A stretch of 64,000 nucleotides of DNA from Longimicrobiales bacterium (GCA_965204735.1 OZ242008.1:416001-480000); one strand, 5' to 3'; counted from the first letter of the stretch, positions 10,099 to 20,237 are shown. Notes: generated by a model from the letters alone, not told the origin. Numbers and translations are program-made.

Positions 10099-10539
10099 TT
10101 AGGGAGGCGGAGGCTGGCAGACGTCTCGCTGGGGGTCGCCGGCCAGCGCCTTGAGGCCTACCCACACGAAGAGGGTGGTGTCCCTCGGCTCGCTCCACTC
10201 GACTGCGACTTCCACTTGGGCGCGCAGCCCGGCCTCGTATTCGAACGGAACGCTTTCGCCCGGCGTCACTTCCACGTCGATCTCGGCGTCGCCGAAGAGG
10301 TCGTGGGTGCGAACCCGCCACCTGCCGGAGTGGCCTTCCCATACTTGGAAGCAGCCTTCCAGCGACAAGCCGGCCACAGGCATCGCGGCGCTCTTGAAGC
10401 TGCCCCGCCCGCCCTCCACTTCGATCGTGGTCCAGCTTCCGCCGTTGGCGACCGCCCGGAACAGCTCCGCCAGCTGGCCTTCGGCGGAAGAGGGAACGGC
10501 AGCGAGGGCGGCGGCGGCAACGACGACGGCGGTCTTCAT
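10099..10539 (-). CDS. Hypothetical secreted protein
   Basis: MKTAVVVAAAALAA...AEG signal peptide, beta-rich body, two Cys. Confidence 0.7.
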   Translation of the reverse strand: MKTAVVVAAAALAAVPSSAEGQLAELFRAVANGGSWTTIEVEGGRGSFKSAAMPVAGLSLEGCFQVWEGHSGRWRVRTHDLFGDAEIDVEVTPGESVPFEYEAGLRAQVEVAVEWSEPRDTTLFVWVGLKALAGDPQRDVCQPPPP

Positions 10540-10675
10540 GCCCTAACGCTAACGGAATCTCCGGCGTTCCAGGACGGTCCCGACGTCGGCTCGCTTGGCG
10601 CGGGAGCGGTGCGCCGGCGGTGGACGCGTGACGTTGGAAGGGCCGATGCCAGCCCAATCGCAAGGTGATTCGGAA

Positions 10676-11818
10676 ATGGCCACAGACACCGCAAGCGGAG
10701 TGCACCTTCCAAGCCTGTCGATCTCGAGCTTCCGGGGCATCAAGCGCCTGCGCATTCCCCGGCTCGGGCAAGTCACCTTGCTTGGGGGCATGAACTCCTC
10801 GGGAAAGACGACGGTTCTCGAAGCGGTTCGCGAATACGCGGCACGGGGCAGAAACTTGCCCGCCCTGCTCGCGGGCCGCGACGAGTACTCGACGTCATTC
10901 GACGAAGACGGCGACAAGGTGGCCGTTCCCGATCCGGCGGCCTTGTTTCATGGAAGAACCGTGCCGCAGGAATCCGGGATCTTGATTGGTCCCAACGACG
11001 GCCGTGTCGCCGACATGCTTTCCATCCGGGCAGTTTCCCCGAACGACGAACAGATCGAACTGCTCGGCGATCTCTGTCAGGATGATTCGTTCGAGCCGTT
11101 GGTGATGCAAGTTGCCTTCGGCAAGGGGAAGCGGGTCATGCCGTGGTGTCTGCCCCCGGCCACCTACGGAGAACGAAAGGCGATGTCTCCTTCTTCCCAG
11201 TACAGATACGCAAGGCGTCGCAACGGTGATGCAGACTTGCCGCCCCCACTAAGTGTTGACTGGCTGGGCGCCGGCGTCGTGTCGAATCGCCAGCTGGCTG
11301 ACATGTGGGAGGACGTAGTGCTGACCCAGGCCGAGGATCGTGCGACAAGGGCGCTTGCCATGGTCGTCGGCGACTCCGTAGACCGCGTTGCCATGGTTGG
11401 ATCGACCAAGGGGATGCGGGGGGAGCCTCACGTGTCGGTGAGACTCCGGGACCAAGCGACGCCCGTTCCCCTAAGAAGCTTGGGCAACGGCGCAGTCAGG
11501 ATCTTTGCGGTTGCCCTTGCCTTGGCTAATGCCAGCGGCGGGTTTCTGCTCATCGACGAAGCAGAAGACGGCATTCACCACAAGGTGCATCAGGGCTTCT
11601 GGCGCATGATTCTACAAGCCGCACGAGAGAGCAACGTCCAGGTCCTCGCCACGACGCACAGCTTCTCTTGCGTGCGAGGCTTCGCGCTGGCGTGCGCAGA
11701 GTCGGCCGGTCAAGGAATCTACGTGCGACTGGAACGGAGCGCCGACGAAACCAAGGCCGTTACGTATACGGAAGACGAACTCGAGATCGTCGCGGAACAA
11801 GGCATCGAGGTGAGGTAG
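10676..11818 (+). CDS. ABC-type (AAA_15/AAA_21) ATPase
   Basis: ISSFRGI, Walker A GMNSSGKT, signature-like SLGNG, Walker B LLIDEAEDGIH, H-loop ATTHS. Start uncertain (10646 or 10676). Confidence 0.85.
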   Translation: MATDTASGVHLPSLSISSFRGIKRLRIPRLGQVTLLGGMNSSGKTTVLEAVREYAARGRNLPALLAGRDEYSTSFDEDGDKVAVPDPAALFHGRTVPQESGILIGPNDGRVADMLSIRAVSPNDEQIELLGDLCQDDSFEPLVMQVAFGKGKRVMPWCLPPATYGERKAMSPSSQYRYARRRNGDADLPPPLSVDWLGAGVVSNRQLADMWEDVVLTQAEDRATRALAMVVGDSVDRVAMVGSTKGMRGEPHVSVRLRDQATPVPLRSLGNGAVRIFAVALALANASGGFLLIDEAEDGIHHKVHQGFWRMILQAARESNVQVLATTHSFSCVRGFALACAESAGQGIYVRLERSADETKAVTYTEDELEIVAEQGIEVR

Positions 11819-11836
11819 ATGGCGGGGACTGGCGTC

Positions 11837-11896
11837 GATCCGAAAGCAGATCGATCTGTCATATAGCGAATATAGCATATATAGCAAATGAGAAGC
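11837..11896. repeat. AT-rich element with three 9-bp ATATAGC units, copy 1 (copy 2 at 29686-29749)
   Basis: ATATAGCGA ATATAGCAT ATATAGCAA at 11861-11887; flanks also resemble copy 2. Confidence 0.8.
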
Positions 11897-11951
11897 CCCG
11901 AATGAACCGCCTTTCGGGGAAGGAACTGGACTCGCCGGCAACTTCGCAGCG

Positions 11952-14042
11952 CTACCTGGCAGTAGCTTCGTCCTTCAGGAACTGGTCGAAGAAGGCGAGC
12001 ATGTCCGCGAGCATCTGGCGGCGGTTGGCCTTGCCGTAGACGTAGTAGTTCTCGTCGGGGTAGGTCGTGTAGCGGAAGGGCTTGTAGTGGTTCTCCAGCG
12101 CACGGGCGAAGAGTTCGGACTGGTCGGAGCCCGGGTAGCGCCCGACGCCGTGGACCATGAAGAGCGGCGTGGCCACCTTGTCCACTTGCGTGACGGCGGA
12201 GCTGCGTCGCCACACGTCTTCGCTGGTGGCGAAGGCTCCCAGCTCGTGCTCCAGCAGCTTCACGTGGCGCAGCTCGTTCTCGCCGTGGTAGAAGTGCACC
12301 CAGTCGGCGTAGCCGGAGCCTGCGATGCCCGCACGGAAGTAGTCCGGCGCAAACGCCACCGCGTACATCGTCATGACGCCGCCGTAGCTGGTGCCCGTGA
12401 TCCCGATCCGCTCCGGGTCCACTTCGGGCAGCGTCTTCAGGTACTCTCCGCCGGCGACCACGTCCTCCAGGTCGCAGTGTCCCCAGCAACCGTTGTTCGC
12501 GTCGGCGAAGGACTTCCCGTACCCCGAGCTCCCGCGGATGTTGGGCAGGAGCACGACGTATCCCCTTTGAGCGAAGAAGTGGACGTGCTGCTGAAAGGTG
12601 TCGTTGAACTGCGACGTGGGACCGCCGTGAATCCAGAGAACGCCCGGGCGCTTGCCGCCGGACGCCGTGGCCCCCGCGTCCCCAGGGGTCGATGAAGTCG
12701 TTGCCGGCGGTCGGTAGAGGTAGGCCGGTATCTCGAAGCCGTCGCTGCTGGCGTAGCTGACCTTCTCGGGCGCCGCCAGCCGGCCCTCGAAGCCGCCGGC
12801 CGGCATGGAGCGCGTCAGCTGTCGCGTCTTGCCGTCGGCCAGCGAGACCGTGAACAGGTCCTTGGGCTTGGTGAGCCCCTCGGCGAAGTAGGCGATTGCG
12901 TCGCTGCCCGGAGCCCACGACGGCGCCGACACGACGCCTTCTTCGGGCGACACCAGGACACGGGGCTCTCCGCCGTCCGCCGACGCCAGGCGCAGTTCGT
13001 GGCGGCCGTTGTGGTTCTCCGTGTAGGCGATCCAGCGTCCGTCGGGAGACCACGCGGCGCCGCTCTGGTCGGCTTCCGCCGGGGCGATCTGCCGGGGTTC
13101 GTCGCGGTCGTCGTTTCCCGTGCGCGACCGTCCCTCTTCCAGCGGGGCGACGAAGTAGTTGATCCAGCCGCTGCGGTGGGAGGGGAAGAGAACGTGTCGG
13201 CCGTCGGGGGAAGGCTGGGGGTGGCCGAACGTGCCGCCGGCCCGGTAGTCGAAGAAGTCGGTGTCGACGAGAACCGTGCGCGGGTTGGCGCCGTCCGCGT
13301 CCACCTCGATGACCTCGTGGTCCTCCCATGCGTCGTCCAGACGCACGTAGAGGATGCGGCGGGAATCCGGCGTCCAGCTGGGGAACACGTCGTAGCGTTC
13401 GTCGGCGGTCAGCCGCTGGACGCGGCCCGTGGCGACTTCGGCCTTCCAGATGTCGTAGTTGCCGTAGCGGTCCCCGGCGAAGGCGATCCAGCGCTCGTCG
13501 GGGGACCAGCTCATGGAGTTGATCCGCGCCCCAAGGTTCGTGAGCTGCACCTCCCGCCCGTCGGCGGTGGACCACAGCCAAATCTCCGGCGCGCCGCTCT
13601 TGTCGGACACATAGGAAATCCAGCTTCCAGCCGGCGACCAGCCGGGCATCTGGGACGCCAGGAAGTGGCCGGAGCTGCCCATCTCCACGGGTATGCGGAC
13701 CGGGAAGCCGCCGTCGGGGGAGATCGTCGTCAGGCCGCCGGTCAGTGCCGATTGGACCAGTATCTGCGAGCCGTCGGGCGACCACGCAGGCGAACCGGAG
13801 ACCACCGACTCGATGGAGAGGAGCTGATCGACGCCGAGAATCTGGGTCGCGGCCCCGGCGCGCGGCGCCGAAGCCATCTGCAGCAGAGCCGAAGCGGCGA
13901 GCAGAGCCGCCGCCGAGCGTCGAGTCGCCGCCGGACGCCGTTGTGGAGAGCGTCGTCGCAGAGTCGAGCGTCGTTGTGGAGCCGAGCGTCGTTGCGGAGT
14001 CGAACGTCGTCGCGGAAGGGAGGTCAAGCTGGCGTTGGACAT
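11952..14042 (-). CDS. S9 (prolyl oligopeptidase-like) peptidase with PD40/TolB-like propeller
   Basis: Repeated WSPDG units, IHGGP, RGSSGYG, catalytic GTSYGG, terminal YPDENY. Arg-rich repeated leader (PQRRS) before the signal peptide. Confidence 0.88.
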   Translation of the reverse strand: MSNASLTSLPRRRSTPQRRSAPQRRSTLRRRSPQRRPAATRRSAAALLAASALLQMASAPRAGAATQILGVDQLLSIESVVSGSPAWSPDGSQILVQSALTGGLTTISPDGGFPVRIPVEMGSSGHFLASQMPGWSPAGSWISYVSDKSGAPEIWLWSTADGREVQLTNLGARINSMSWSPDERWIAFAGDRYGNYDIWKAEVATGRVQRLTADERYDVFPSWTPDSRRILYVRLDDAWEDHEVIEVDADGANPRTVLVDTDFFDYRAGGTFGHPQPSPDGRHVLFPSHRSGWINYFVAPLEEGRSRTGNDDRDEPRQIAPAEADQSGAAWSPDGRWIAYTENHNGRHELRLASADGGEPRVLVSPEEGVVSAPSWAPGSDAIAYFAEGLTKPKDLFTVSLADGKTRQLTRSMPAGGFEGRLAAPEKVSYASSDGFEIPAYLYRPPATTSSTPGDAGATASGGKRPGVLWIHGGPTSQFNDTFQQHVHFFAQRGYVVLLPNIRGSSGYGKSFADANNGCWGHCDLEDVVAGGEYLKTLPEVDPERIGITGTSYGGVMTMYAVAFAPDYFRAGIAGSGYADWVHFYHGENELRHVKLLEHELGAFATSEDVWRRSSAVTQVDKVATPLFMVHGVGRYPGSDQSELFARALENHYKPFRYTTYPDENYYVYGKANRRQMLADMLAFFDQFLKDEATAR

Positions 14043-14082
14043 CTTCGTGCCTCCGAAGTTGTGCCGTCGGGCGGTCCGGGCT

Positions 14083-14517
14083 TCAGTACACCCAGAGGCT
14101 CGACTGTTCCAGGTGGTTCTCCAGGCGCCACAGGATCGTCTCGCCGCGCCTGGGGTAGATGGTGGCGCTGTAGTAGGGCGCGTCGGCGCCGACGGGGTCG
14201 GCCACGAGGCGGAAGCCGGAGCCTGCCAGCAGGCTTCTCGGCAGGGCCGTCGAGTCGGTGCGCATGCTGGTCACCGAGAGGAGGCGGTAGCGCTCGGCCT
14301 CGCGGACGGCGTAGATGCGCATGTCGGCCCAGTTGCGGTTGTGGACGTGCAGGCGGCTGGGCGCCTCAGCCGCCTCCGCTGCGTCCGCCCCGGCCCCCAG
14401 GCCCTCGACGCGGGAGGACCCGGGGGACGCGCAGGCGGTCCCTGCCAGCAGCAGTACGACGGCTGCGCAGACCAGGGGCCGTCCGCCTACGGGACGAACC
14501 CGGGTTGGGTCGTGCAC
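14083..14517 (-). CDS. Small hypothetical lipoprotein
   Basis: C-terminal part of ORF 14083..15801: LLLAGTAC lipobox-like, VHNRNWADMRIYAV... Start uncertain. Confidence 0.65.
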   Translation of the reverse strand: MHDPTRVRPVGGRPLVCAAVVLLLAGTACASPGSSRVEGLGAGADAAEAAEAPSRLHVHNRNWADMRIYAVREAERYRLLSVTSMRTDSTALPRSLLAGSGFRLVADPVGADAPYYSATIYPRRGETILWRLENHLEQSSLWVY

Positions 14518-15893
14518 CCCGCCGGAACGTCGGGCTCCCGGGGCAGGCACTCGCTCAGCGGATACGGCATGGCGTCGTGCAGGCGCTGATCGGCGCTGGG
14601 CGGCCCAAGCACGGGGATCTCCATCAGCTTGCCGTAGCGGTTCATGTCGACCCAGGTGTGGCCCCACTCGAACACCAGCGAGAAGCGCTTGTTGTACAGC
14701 AGCTCGTCCAGCAGGTCGGCGTCGGAGCCGGCGTAGGACTCCGGCAACGGCTCGAGGCCCCCGGAGCTGGTGCGGACCAGGTTGATGTCCGCGATGGCCT
14801 GGTCGCGGGCGCCCATGGCCAAGTTCGCCTCGGCTCGGAGCAGCACGAGCTCCTCGTTCTTGATCCAGACGAAGGGGTCGCCCGGGTTCTCGTACAGCGT
14901 GTACTGCAGGTCCGAAGCCACCTCCAGAAGCTGATAGGTGGGCACTTCCTTGAACTTCGTCGCGAAGCGCAGGTCCCTGGAGCCGTCGGCCCGCGTCTGC
15001 GCCTCGTCGCGGAAGCGGGTGTTGGCCCACAGCAGGTCGGGACGGTTGGCCGGGTTCACCATGTCGCCCGAGTTGACGGACCAGTCGTGGTAGGCGCCGT
15101 GGTCCAGCGGGCGGTCCGGGTCGAGGAACGATTCCGACAACGCCTGGAGCGCTGCCGGCCAGTTGTTCCGCTGCACCTCGGCGCGCGCCTTGAGCGCCCG
15201 GTTGAGCGCAAGAAACGAGGAGGGCGCGTTGAAGTCGTCGAGTCCGCCGGGAACGCTGAAGGGGAAGGCGTCGGCGCCGGCCAGGTCCGAGCGGGCGTCG
15301 TCCAGCAGATTCGCGACGTGGTCGTAGAGCTCGGTTTCCGAGACGATCGGCGCAGGGTCGGCGTTGGGGTCCGAATCGACTGCCACGGGCGCCCCCAGCC
15401 GCCTTCGCGTGACGGCCACGTGGAGGAACTCGTACGCCTGGATCGTCTTGGCGAAGCCCCGCACCGCCGCGGTCTCGCCTGCGGGCAGCTCGGACGCGCC
15501 CAGGGCTTCGAGCAGCAAGTTGGCGTTGCGGATGTTCTGGTAGGCCTCGCCCCAGACCTGCGTGCCCACCCAGAGGGTCCCGTCCCAGGGGTCGCGCACG
15601 CTGCCCGGAAGCGCGGAGCCGGTCGGCGCCATGGGGTAGACTTCGCGCCCGAAGGCGCCGACCCACATCACCATGTCGGCGGCCGTGATCCTCGTGTCGA
15701 AGAGCAGCCCCTGGGCCGCGGCCGCGACTGCCGCCCGGTTGGGGTTGTTCTGCAGGTCTTCCACGCTGGGGTTGTTGTAGTCGGGGACCACGAGGTCGCA
15801 CGCGGACGCCGCCGTTGCGGCCAGCCCGGACGCCAGAACCCCGACCCGGAGCCGGCGGATGCCGGCGCGCCGAGCGACGAATCGCTTGTTCAT
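14487..15893 (-). CDS. susD: RagB/SusD-family outer membrane lipoprotein
   Basis: From MNKRF (ATG 15893): ASAC lipobox, YQNIRNANLLL, EELVLLRAEA, NKRFSLVFEWGHTWVDMNRYG; directly downstream of SusC. Confidence 0.9.
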   Translation of the reverse strand: MNKRFVARRAGIRRLRVGVLASGLAATAASACDLVVPDYNNPSVEDLQNNPNRAAVAAAAQGLLFDTRITAADMVMWVGAFGREVYPMAPTGSALPGSVRDPWDGTLWVGTQVWGEAYQNIRNANLLLEALGASELPAGETAAVRGFAKTIQAYEFLHVAVTRRRLGAPVAVDSDPNADPAPIVSETELYDHVANLLDDARSDLAGADAFPFSVPGGLDDFNAPSSFLALNRALKARAEVQRNNWPAALQALSESFLDPDRPLDHGAYHDWSVNSGDMVNPANRPDLLWANTRFRDEAQTRADGSRDLRFATKFKEVPTYQLLEVASDLQYTLYENPGDPFVWIKNEELVLLRAEANLAMGARDQAIADINLVRTSSGGLEPLPESYAGSDADLLDELLYNKRFSLVFEWGHTWVDMNRYGKLMEIPVLGPPSADQRLHDAMPYPLSECLPREPDVPAGCTTQPGFVP

Positions 15894-15910
15894 CTCTCGC
15901 TCTCCCTTCA

Positions 15911-18900
15911 TCAGAACGCCACGTCCACCGAGAACCACCAGCTTCGGCTGGGCGGGAACGGCGCCACGTCCTGTCCCCGGCCCACGGCTTCGCTGCCGAA
16001 GTTGCTGACTTCCGGGTCGAGGCCGGGGTAGTCGGTGAACGTCAGCAAGTTGCGGCCGCTGACGTTGAGGCGGATCGAACGTGCGCCGCGCCAGATGCGC
16101 GCCGTCATGGCGGGCGGCACTTCGTAGCTGACGGTCAGCTCTCGCAGCTTGACGAACGACGCGTCCTGGAAGTACGTGCCCGTGTTGTTGGGAAACTCGC
16201 GGTTCCGCTTCACGCACACGCTTTCGCCGTCCACCAGGTTGTTGCAGTCCTCGGTGTTCCGCGTGAGGTCGAAGAGGAAGCGCGTGAGGTTGTTCACGGT
16301 ACCGCCCTTCTGCCAGTCCAGGCTTCCGAAGACGTTGAACTGGCCGTAGCGCAGGTCGTTCGACACGCCGACTCGAAAGTCCGCGTTGGAATCCGAGATC
16401 GGCCGCACCGCCACCTCGCCCGTCTCCGGGTCCGGCCCGTTGCCCCACAGCCAAGTCAGCGACCGGCCCTCTTCCGCCACCGTCGTTCCGTAGAAGTAGC
16501 CGAAGCCCTGGATCGTGAAGCGAGGCACCGGCAGCGACACCACCTTGCTTCGGTTCATGCCGAAGGTCGCCCGAGCGGTCCACTGCAGGTCGCGGGTGAA
16601 GTAGGGCACCGCGGTCAGCGCCGCTTCGACGCCCCAAGTGTTGATCTCGCCGCCGTTGAAGATCGCCTCGTCGAAGCCCGTGGAGGGCGCCAGCGAGCGT
16701 TCCAGGATCACGTCGCGGATCGTCTTGTTGAAGTAGGTGAACTCGACCGTGGCCCGGTCGTCTGCCAGGGTTGCGTCGAAGCCGCCCTCGATCTCGGTCT
16801 GCCGCTCCGGCCGCAAGTCGAGCGCCGCGGTGGTTCCCACGACCCGCAGCGCCGGCAGGCCGGCGATGTTGCGGCCTTCGTACTCGGTGAACTTCTGTCC
16901 GTAGACCGGCTGGTTCCCCGACTGGCCCCACGCGCCCCGGAACTTGATCTCTTCGAGCCCCGCGCGTCCCACCGGCCACCGGAAGGAGGCCGCCAGCTTG
17001 GGGTAGAAGTGGTACTCGTCGGTGTTCGAGTTGTTCGAGCTGCGGTCGGCGCGAACGCCGGCGGTGAGCAGCACGCGTTCGTCCAGCAGCAGCACCTCTT
17101 CTTGCGCGAAGACGCCGAAGTCCACGGACCTTGCGCGGTTCTGCCGCACTTCCGTGGCCGTTCCCCGGTCGATGTTCTGCAGGCCGCCGATCAGGTTCTT
17201 TGCGATTGTGCTGCTCACGTCCAGGTCGCGTATCTCGTACTGGGTGCCGAACGAGGTCGTGGAGTGGAAGGCGTCCGAGTCGTAGGTGTAGACGGCGTTG
17301 GCGTTGACGTTCAGGTACTGGCTGTATCCGGAGCCCAGCACCGACGTGCCCGACAGGCCGTCGTTGGGCTCGAACTGCGTCTCGGGAGGCGAGAAGAGCG
17401 CGTTCTTCTGGTTGAAGAAGTCGATGCCGCCGGTCGTGCTCAGGCGCAAGGTGTGGGCGCCCGACGAGATCGCGTCGAAGGTCAGGTTGCCCGAGCCCAC
17501 GAAGCGCCAGACTTCCTCGTTGTTCCGCACCAGCGACGCCGTCTCCAGGATGTTGGAGGCCGCGAAGGGGTTCCGGGGGTAGCTCCCCTGGCCGTCGGGG
17601 CAGTCGTCCACGTCGGCTTGGCGGCTTCCGTTGCCGCACACCGCGCGCAGGTCCACGAAGCTGGGGGTGGACGGCAGCGTCATGTAGTAGCTGATGCTGC
17701 GGTTGTCGTTGTTGGTGATTCCGCGTCCCGCAAGGGTGTGGACCGCGTTGGTGTTCAGGCTGAACGAGACCTTGTCGCCCAGCGTCTGGTCGATGTTGAG
17801 CTTGAGCGATTCCTTGTTGTAGAAAGTGTTGTCGATGATGCCGCCGTCGTGCTTGACCAGGCCGGAAGCGTAGTAGCGGGTGTCCTCGGTGCCTCCGCTG
17901 ACGCTGGCCGCGGTCTCGTAGGAAAGCGGCGTCCGGCCCGCCAGCAGCTCCTCGTGGTCGAAGAACTTGCCGGGCTCCCAATGGTCCGCCGCCTGGGGAC
18001 CGAAGAACTCGACGGCCTCTTCCATCGACGTGAACTCTCGCAGCCCGAGCTTGTTGGCGAGCTGGAAGAAGCCGAAGCGCTGGGTCACGTTGAACCGAGG
18101 CGCGCCGACCCGGCCCCGCTTCGTGCGGATGACGATCACGCCGTTGTTGGCCTTGGAGCCGTAGATGGCGGCGGCCGACGCTCCCTTCAGGATCTCGATG
18201 CTTTCGATGTCGTAGGGGTTGAGGTCCGAGATGCGGTTGGCCGAGTTGTCCTGGGAGCCTCCTCTGATCGGGTTCGACGAAGAGACGGTGACGGTGTGCA
18301 CGCCCGACGGTATCGTCTGGTCGCTGACGATCACGCCGTCCACGACGTAGAGCGGCCGGTGGCTCCCGAGAATGGTGGACACGCCTCGGAGCTGGAGCTG
18401 CATTCCGCCGCCGGGGGCGCCCGAGTTCGACTGGATGTTGGCGCCGGCCACCTTCCCCCTCAACGCCTGCTCCACCGAGGCCGCTGGAACGCGGTCGAGT
18501 TCCCGGGCGCTCACCGACGAGACGGCGTTGGCCAAGTTGCGGCGGGAGACGCCGGTGGCTTGGCCGGTGACCACGACCTCGTCCAGGTTGAGGACGTCCA
18601 TGCGAAGGGCCACGTCCACGTTGTCGACGCCGGCGGGAACCGCGACCGTGGCCGGCTGGTAGCCCAGCATGGTGACCTCCAGGGCGACCTCGCCGGGCGT
18701 GACGGCGACGGAGAAGTTGCCGTCGTCGTTGGTGAACGCGCCCAGCGCCGTGCCAGCGACCGCCACCGCCGCGCCGGAAACGGGTTGGCCCGTGGTCGCG
18801 TCCGACACCGAGCCCGTGACCACGCGAGTCTGCGCCCCTGCTGGGTCGGGCGCTCCGCAGAGCATGGCCCAGGCCCATCCCACCGCGAGCGTTGCGAGAA

Positions 18901-18931
18901 CGAACGCCCGTCCCTCATGACGTTGCTTCAT
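15911..18931 (-). CDS. susC: SusC/RagA-family TonB-dependent receptor
   Basis: CarboxypepD_reg N-domain, LDEVVVTG, DIESIEILKGASAAAIYGSKANNGVIVIRTKRG signature, C-terminal Phe. Confidence 0.95.
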   Translation of the reverse strand: MKQRHEGRAFVLATLAVGWAWAMLCGAPDPAGAQTRVVTGSVSDATTGQPVSGAAVAVAGTALGAFTNDDGNFSVAVTPGEVALEVTMLGYQPATVAVPAGVDNVDVALRMDVLNLDEVVVTGQATGVSRRNLANAVSSVSARELDRVPAASVEQALRGKVAGANIQSNSGAPGGGMQLQLRGVSTILGSHRPLYVVDGVIVSDQTIPSGVHTVTVSSSNPIRGGSQDNSANRISDLNPYDIESIEILKGASAAAIYGSKANNGVIVIRTKRGRVGAPRFNVTQRFGFFQLANKLGLREFTSMEEAVEFFGPQAADHWEPGKFFDHEELLAGRTPLSYETAASVSGGTEDTRYYASGLVKHDGGIIDNTFYNKESLKLNIDQTLGDKVSFSLNTNAVHTLAGRGITNNDNRSISYYMTLPSTPSFVDLRAVCGNGSRQADVDDCPDGQGSYPRNPFAASNILETASLVRNNEEVWRFVGSGNLTFDAISSGAHTLRLSTTGGIDFFNQKNALFSPPETQFEPNDGLSGTSVLGSGYSQYLNVNANAVYTYDSDAFHSTTSFGTQYEIRDLDVSSTIAKNLIGGLQNIDRGTATEVRQNRARSVDFGVFAQEEVLLLDERVLLTAGVRADRSSNNSNTDEYHFYPKLAASFRWPVGRAGLEEIKFRGAWGQSGNQPVYGQKFTEYEGRNIAGLPALRVVGTTAALDLRPERQTEIEGGFDATLADDRATVEFTYFNKTIRDVILERSLAPSTGFDEAIFNGGEINTWGVEAALTAVPYFTRDLQWTARATFGMNRSKVVSLPVPRFTIQGFGYFYGTTVAEEGRSLTWLWGNGPDPETGEVAVRPISDSNADFRVGVSNDLRYGQFNVFGSLDWQKGGTVNNLTRFLFDLTRNTEDCNNLVDGESVCVKRNREFPNNTGTYFQDASFVKLRELTVSYEVPPAMTARIWRGARSIRLNVSGRNLLTFTDYPGLDPEVSNFGSEAVGRGQDVAPFPPSRSWWFSVDVAF

Positions 18932-19232
18932 GAGGCCTCCTTCCTATTGTTGCGTGCTCGGCGCGTGGCCGCGACACGCTCGCTGGCGGAGTGCGCAGGC
19001 CGGCGACTTCCGGCGTGCGGTCCGCCATTTCACTGCGGTGGTCCATCATGACGCTCGAGGGTGGATGGCGCAAGATCGGGTCGCCGCCGGCCCGCCTCTC
19101 GCGCCCCTGCCGGAGTTCGGCTCCACCGAGCATCGCTCGGCACTCTCGCAGCTTGACGGGCGGGCAGGCCGTCGCTTACGCTGCGCGCGCCGGTTGGCCG
19201 TCCACGGCCATCGGCCGCCCCCATAGCATCCG

Positions 19233-20237
19233 GTGGAATACGTCTTGGCGACTCGCGAGATGGGCAGCATTCGGGAGACCAGCGTGCGGGCTCTGTGGGA
19301 CCACGAGGCCCAGGACTTCACGCCGTGGCTGGCCAGGAACATCGGCTTGCTGGGCGAGGCCCTCCAGATGGACCTGAAGTGTTGCCAGACCGAGGCGCAG
19401 GTCGGCTCGTTTTCGGTGGACATACTGGCGGAAGATCGCGGGCGAAGCCTCCGGGTCGTGATCGAGAATCAGCTTGAATGGACCGACCACGGTCACATGG
19501 GCCAGCTCCTCACGTACGCCGCCGGCCTGGACGCGAGCGTCGTCGTCTGGATTGCACCTCGTTTCCGCGAGGAACATCGAGCGGCCATCGATTGGCTGAA
19601 CCGAACGACCTCGGAAGACGTCGAGTTCTTCGGCGTCGAGGTGCGCGCCATTGCCATCGAGCAGGGTGAAGACAAGCAGGCGTCTCTTCCTGCACCCGAG
19701 TTTCGACCGGTCGCCTTCCCCAACGACTGGACCAAGGGGAACGCCGGCAAGAGAAGCGCTTCTTCAGGCCAACCAGCCAACCAACAGTGGCTCGACTTCT
19801 TTCAACCTCTTGTGGAAAAGCTTCACGAATCTGGGTTCACGACCAAGGCAAGCGCAACGAAGGGACACGTTCAACGGTTCGGTGACGAGTGCGTCCAGCA
19901 CACGTATTACAGTGCATGGTTCGGATGGAGCTACGCCATCGTGAGCGTGGTCATGTTCAACAAGGAGCTGTACGCAAAGTTGGAGGAAAGAGAAGAGGCA
20001 GTTGCCAAAGCTGTAGCCGCCGCCGACATCGAGGGCGAGCTGTTCTGGAGGACTCTCCCGACGCGGGAATTTTCCGAGATACACGTCCGAATCAAGGGAG
20101 CGATCGGCGATCCGCCGGAACGACTCGAAGAGATCAGGGACTGGATGGCTGACACTCTGCCGAAGTTCCGGGAGATCCTCAACCCGCAGATCAAGGAGAT
20201 CGTCCGCGAATCGGAAGGGGGCGCTGCGAGCGCTTAG
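19233..20237 (+). CDS. DUF4268-domain protein with N-terminal PD-(D/E)XK/NucS-like domain
   Basis: [60 protein letters not shown]. Start uncertain (alt. ATG 19260). Confidence 0.8.
   Translation: MEYVLATREMGSIRETSVRALWDHEAQDFTPWLARNIGLLGEALQMDLKCCQTEAQVGSFSVDILAEDRGRSLRVVIENQLEWTDHGHMGQLLTYAAGLDASVVVWIAPRFREEHRAAIDWLNRTTSEDVEFFGVEVRAIAIEQGEDKQASLPAPEFRPVAFPNDWTKGNAGKRSASSGQPANQQWLDFFQPLVEKLHESGFTTKASATKGHVQRFGDECVQHTYYSAWFGWSYAIVSVVMFNKELYAKLEEREEAVAKAVAAADIEGELFWRTLPTREFSEIHVRIKGAIGDPPERLEEIRDWMADTLPKFREILNPQIKEIVRESEGGAASA

Noticed and set aside
14487..18878. 1463-aa ORF as a giant SusD fusion
   Set aside because: The N-terminal ~1000 aa is an Arg/Gly-rich off-frame shadow of susC; the real gene starts at 15893.
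18932..19232. Riboswitch upstream of susC
   Set aside because: No cobalamin/TPP consensus recognisable by eye; an Rfam/Infernal scan would be needed.
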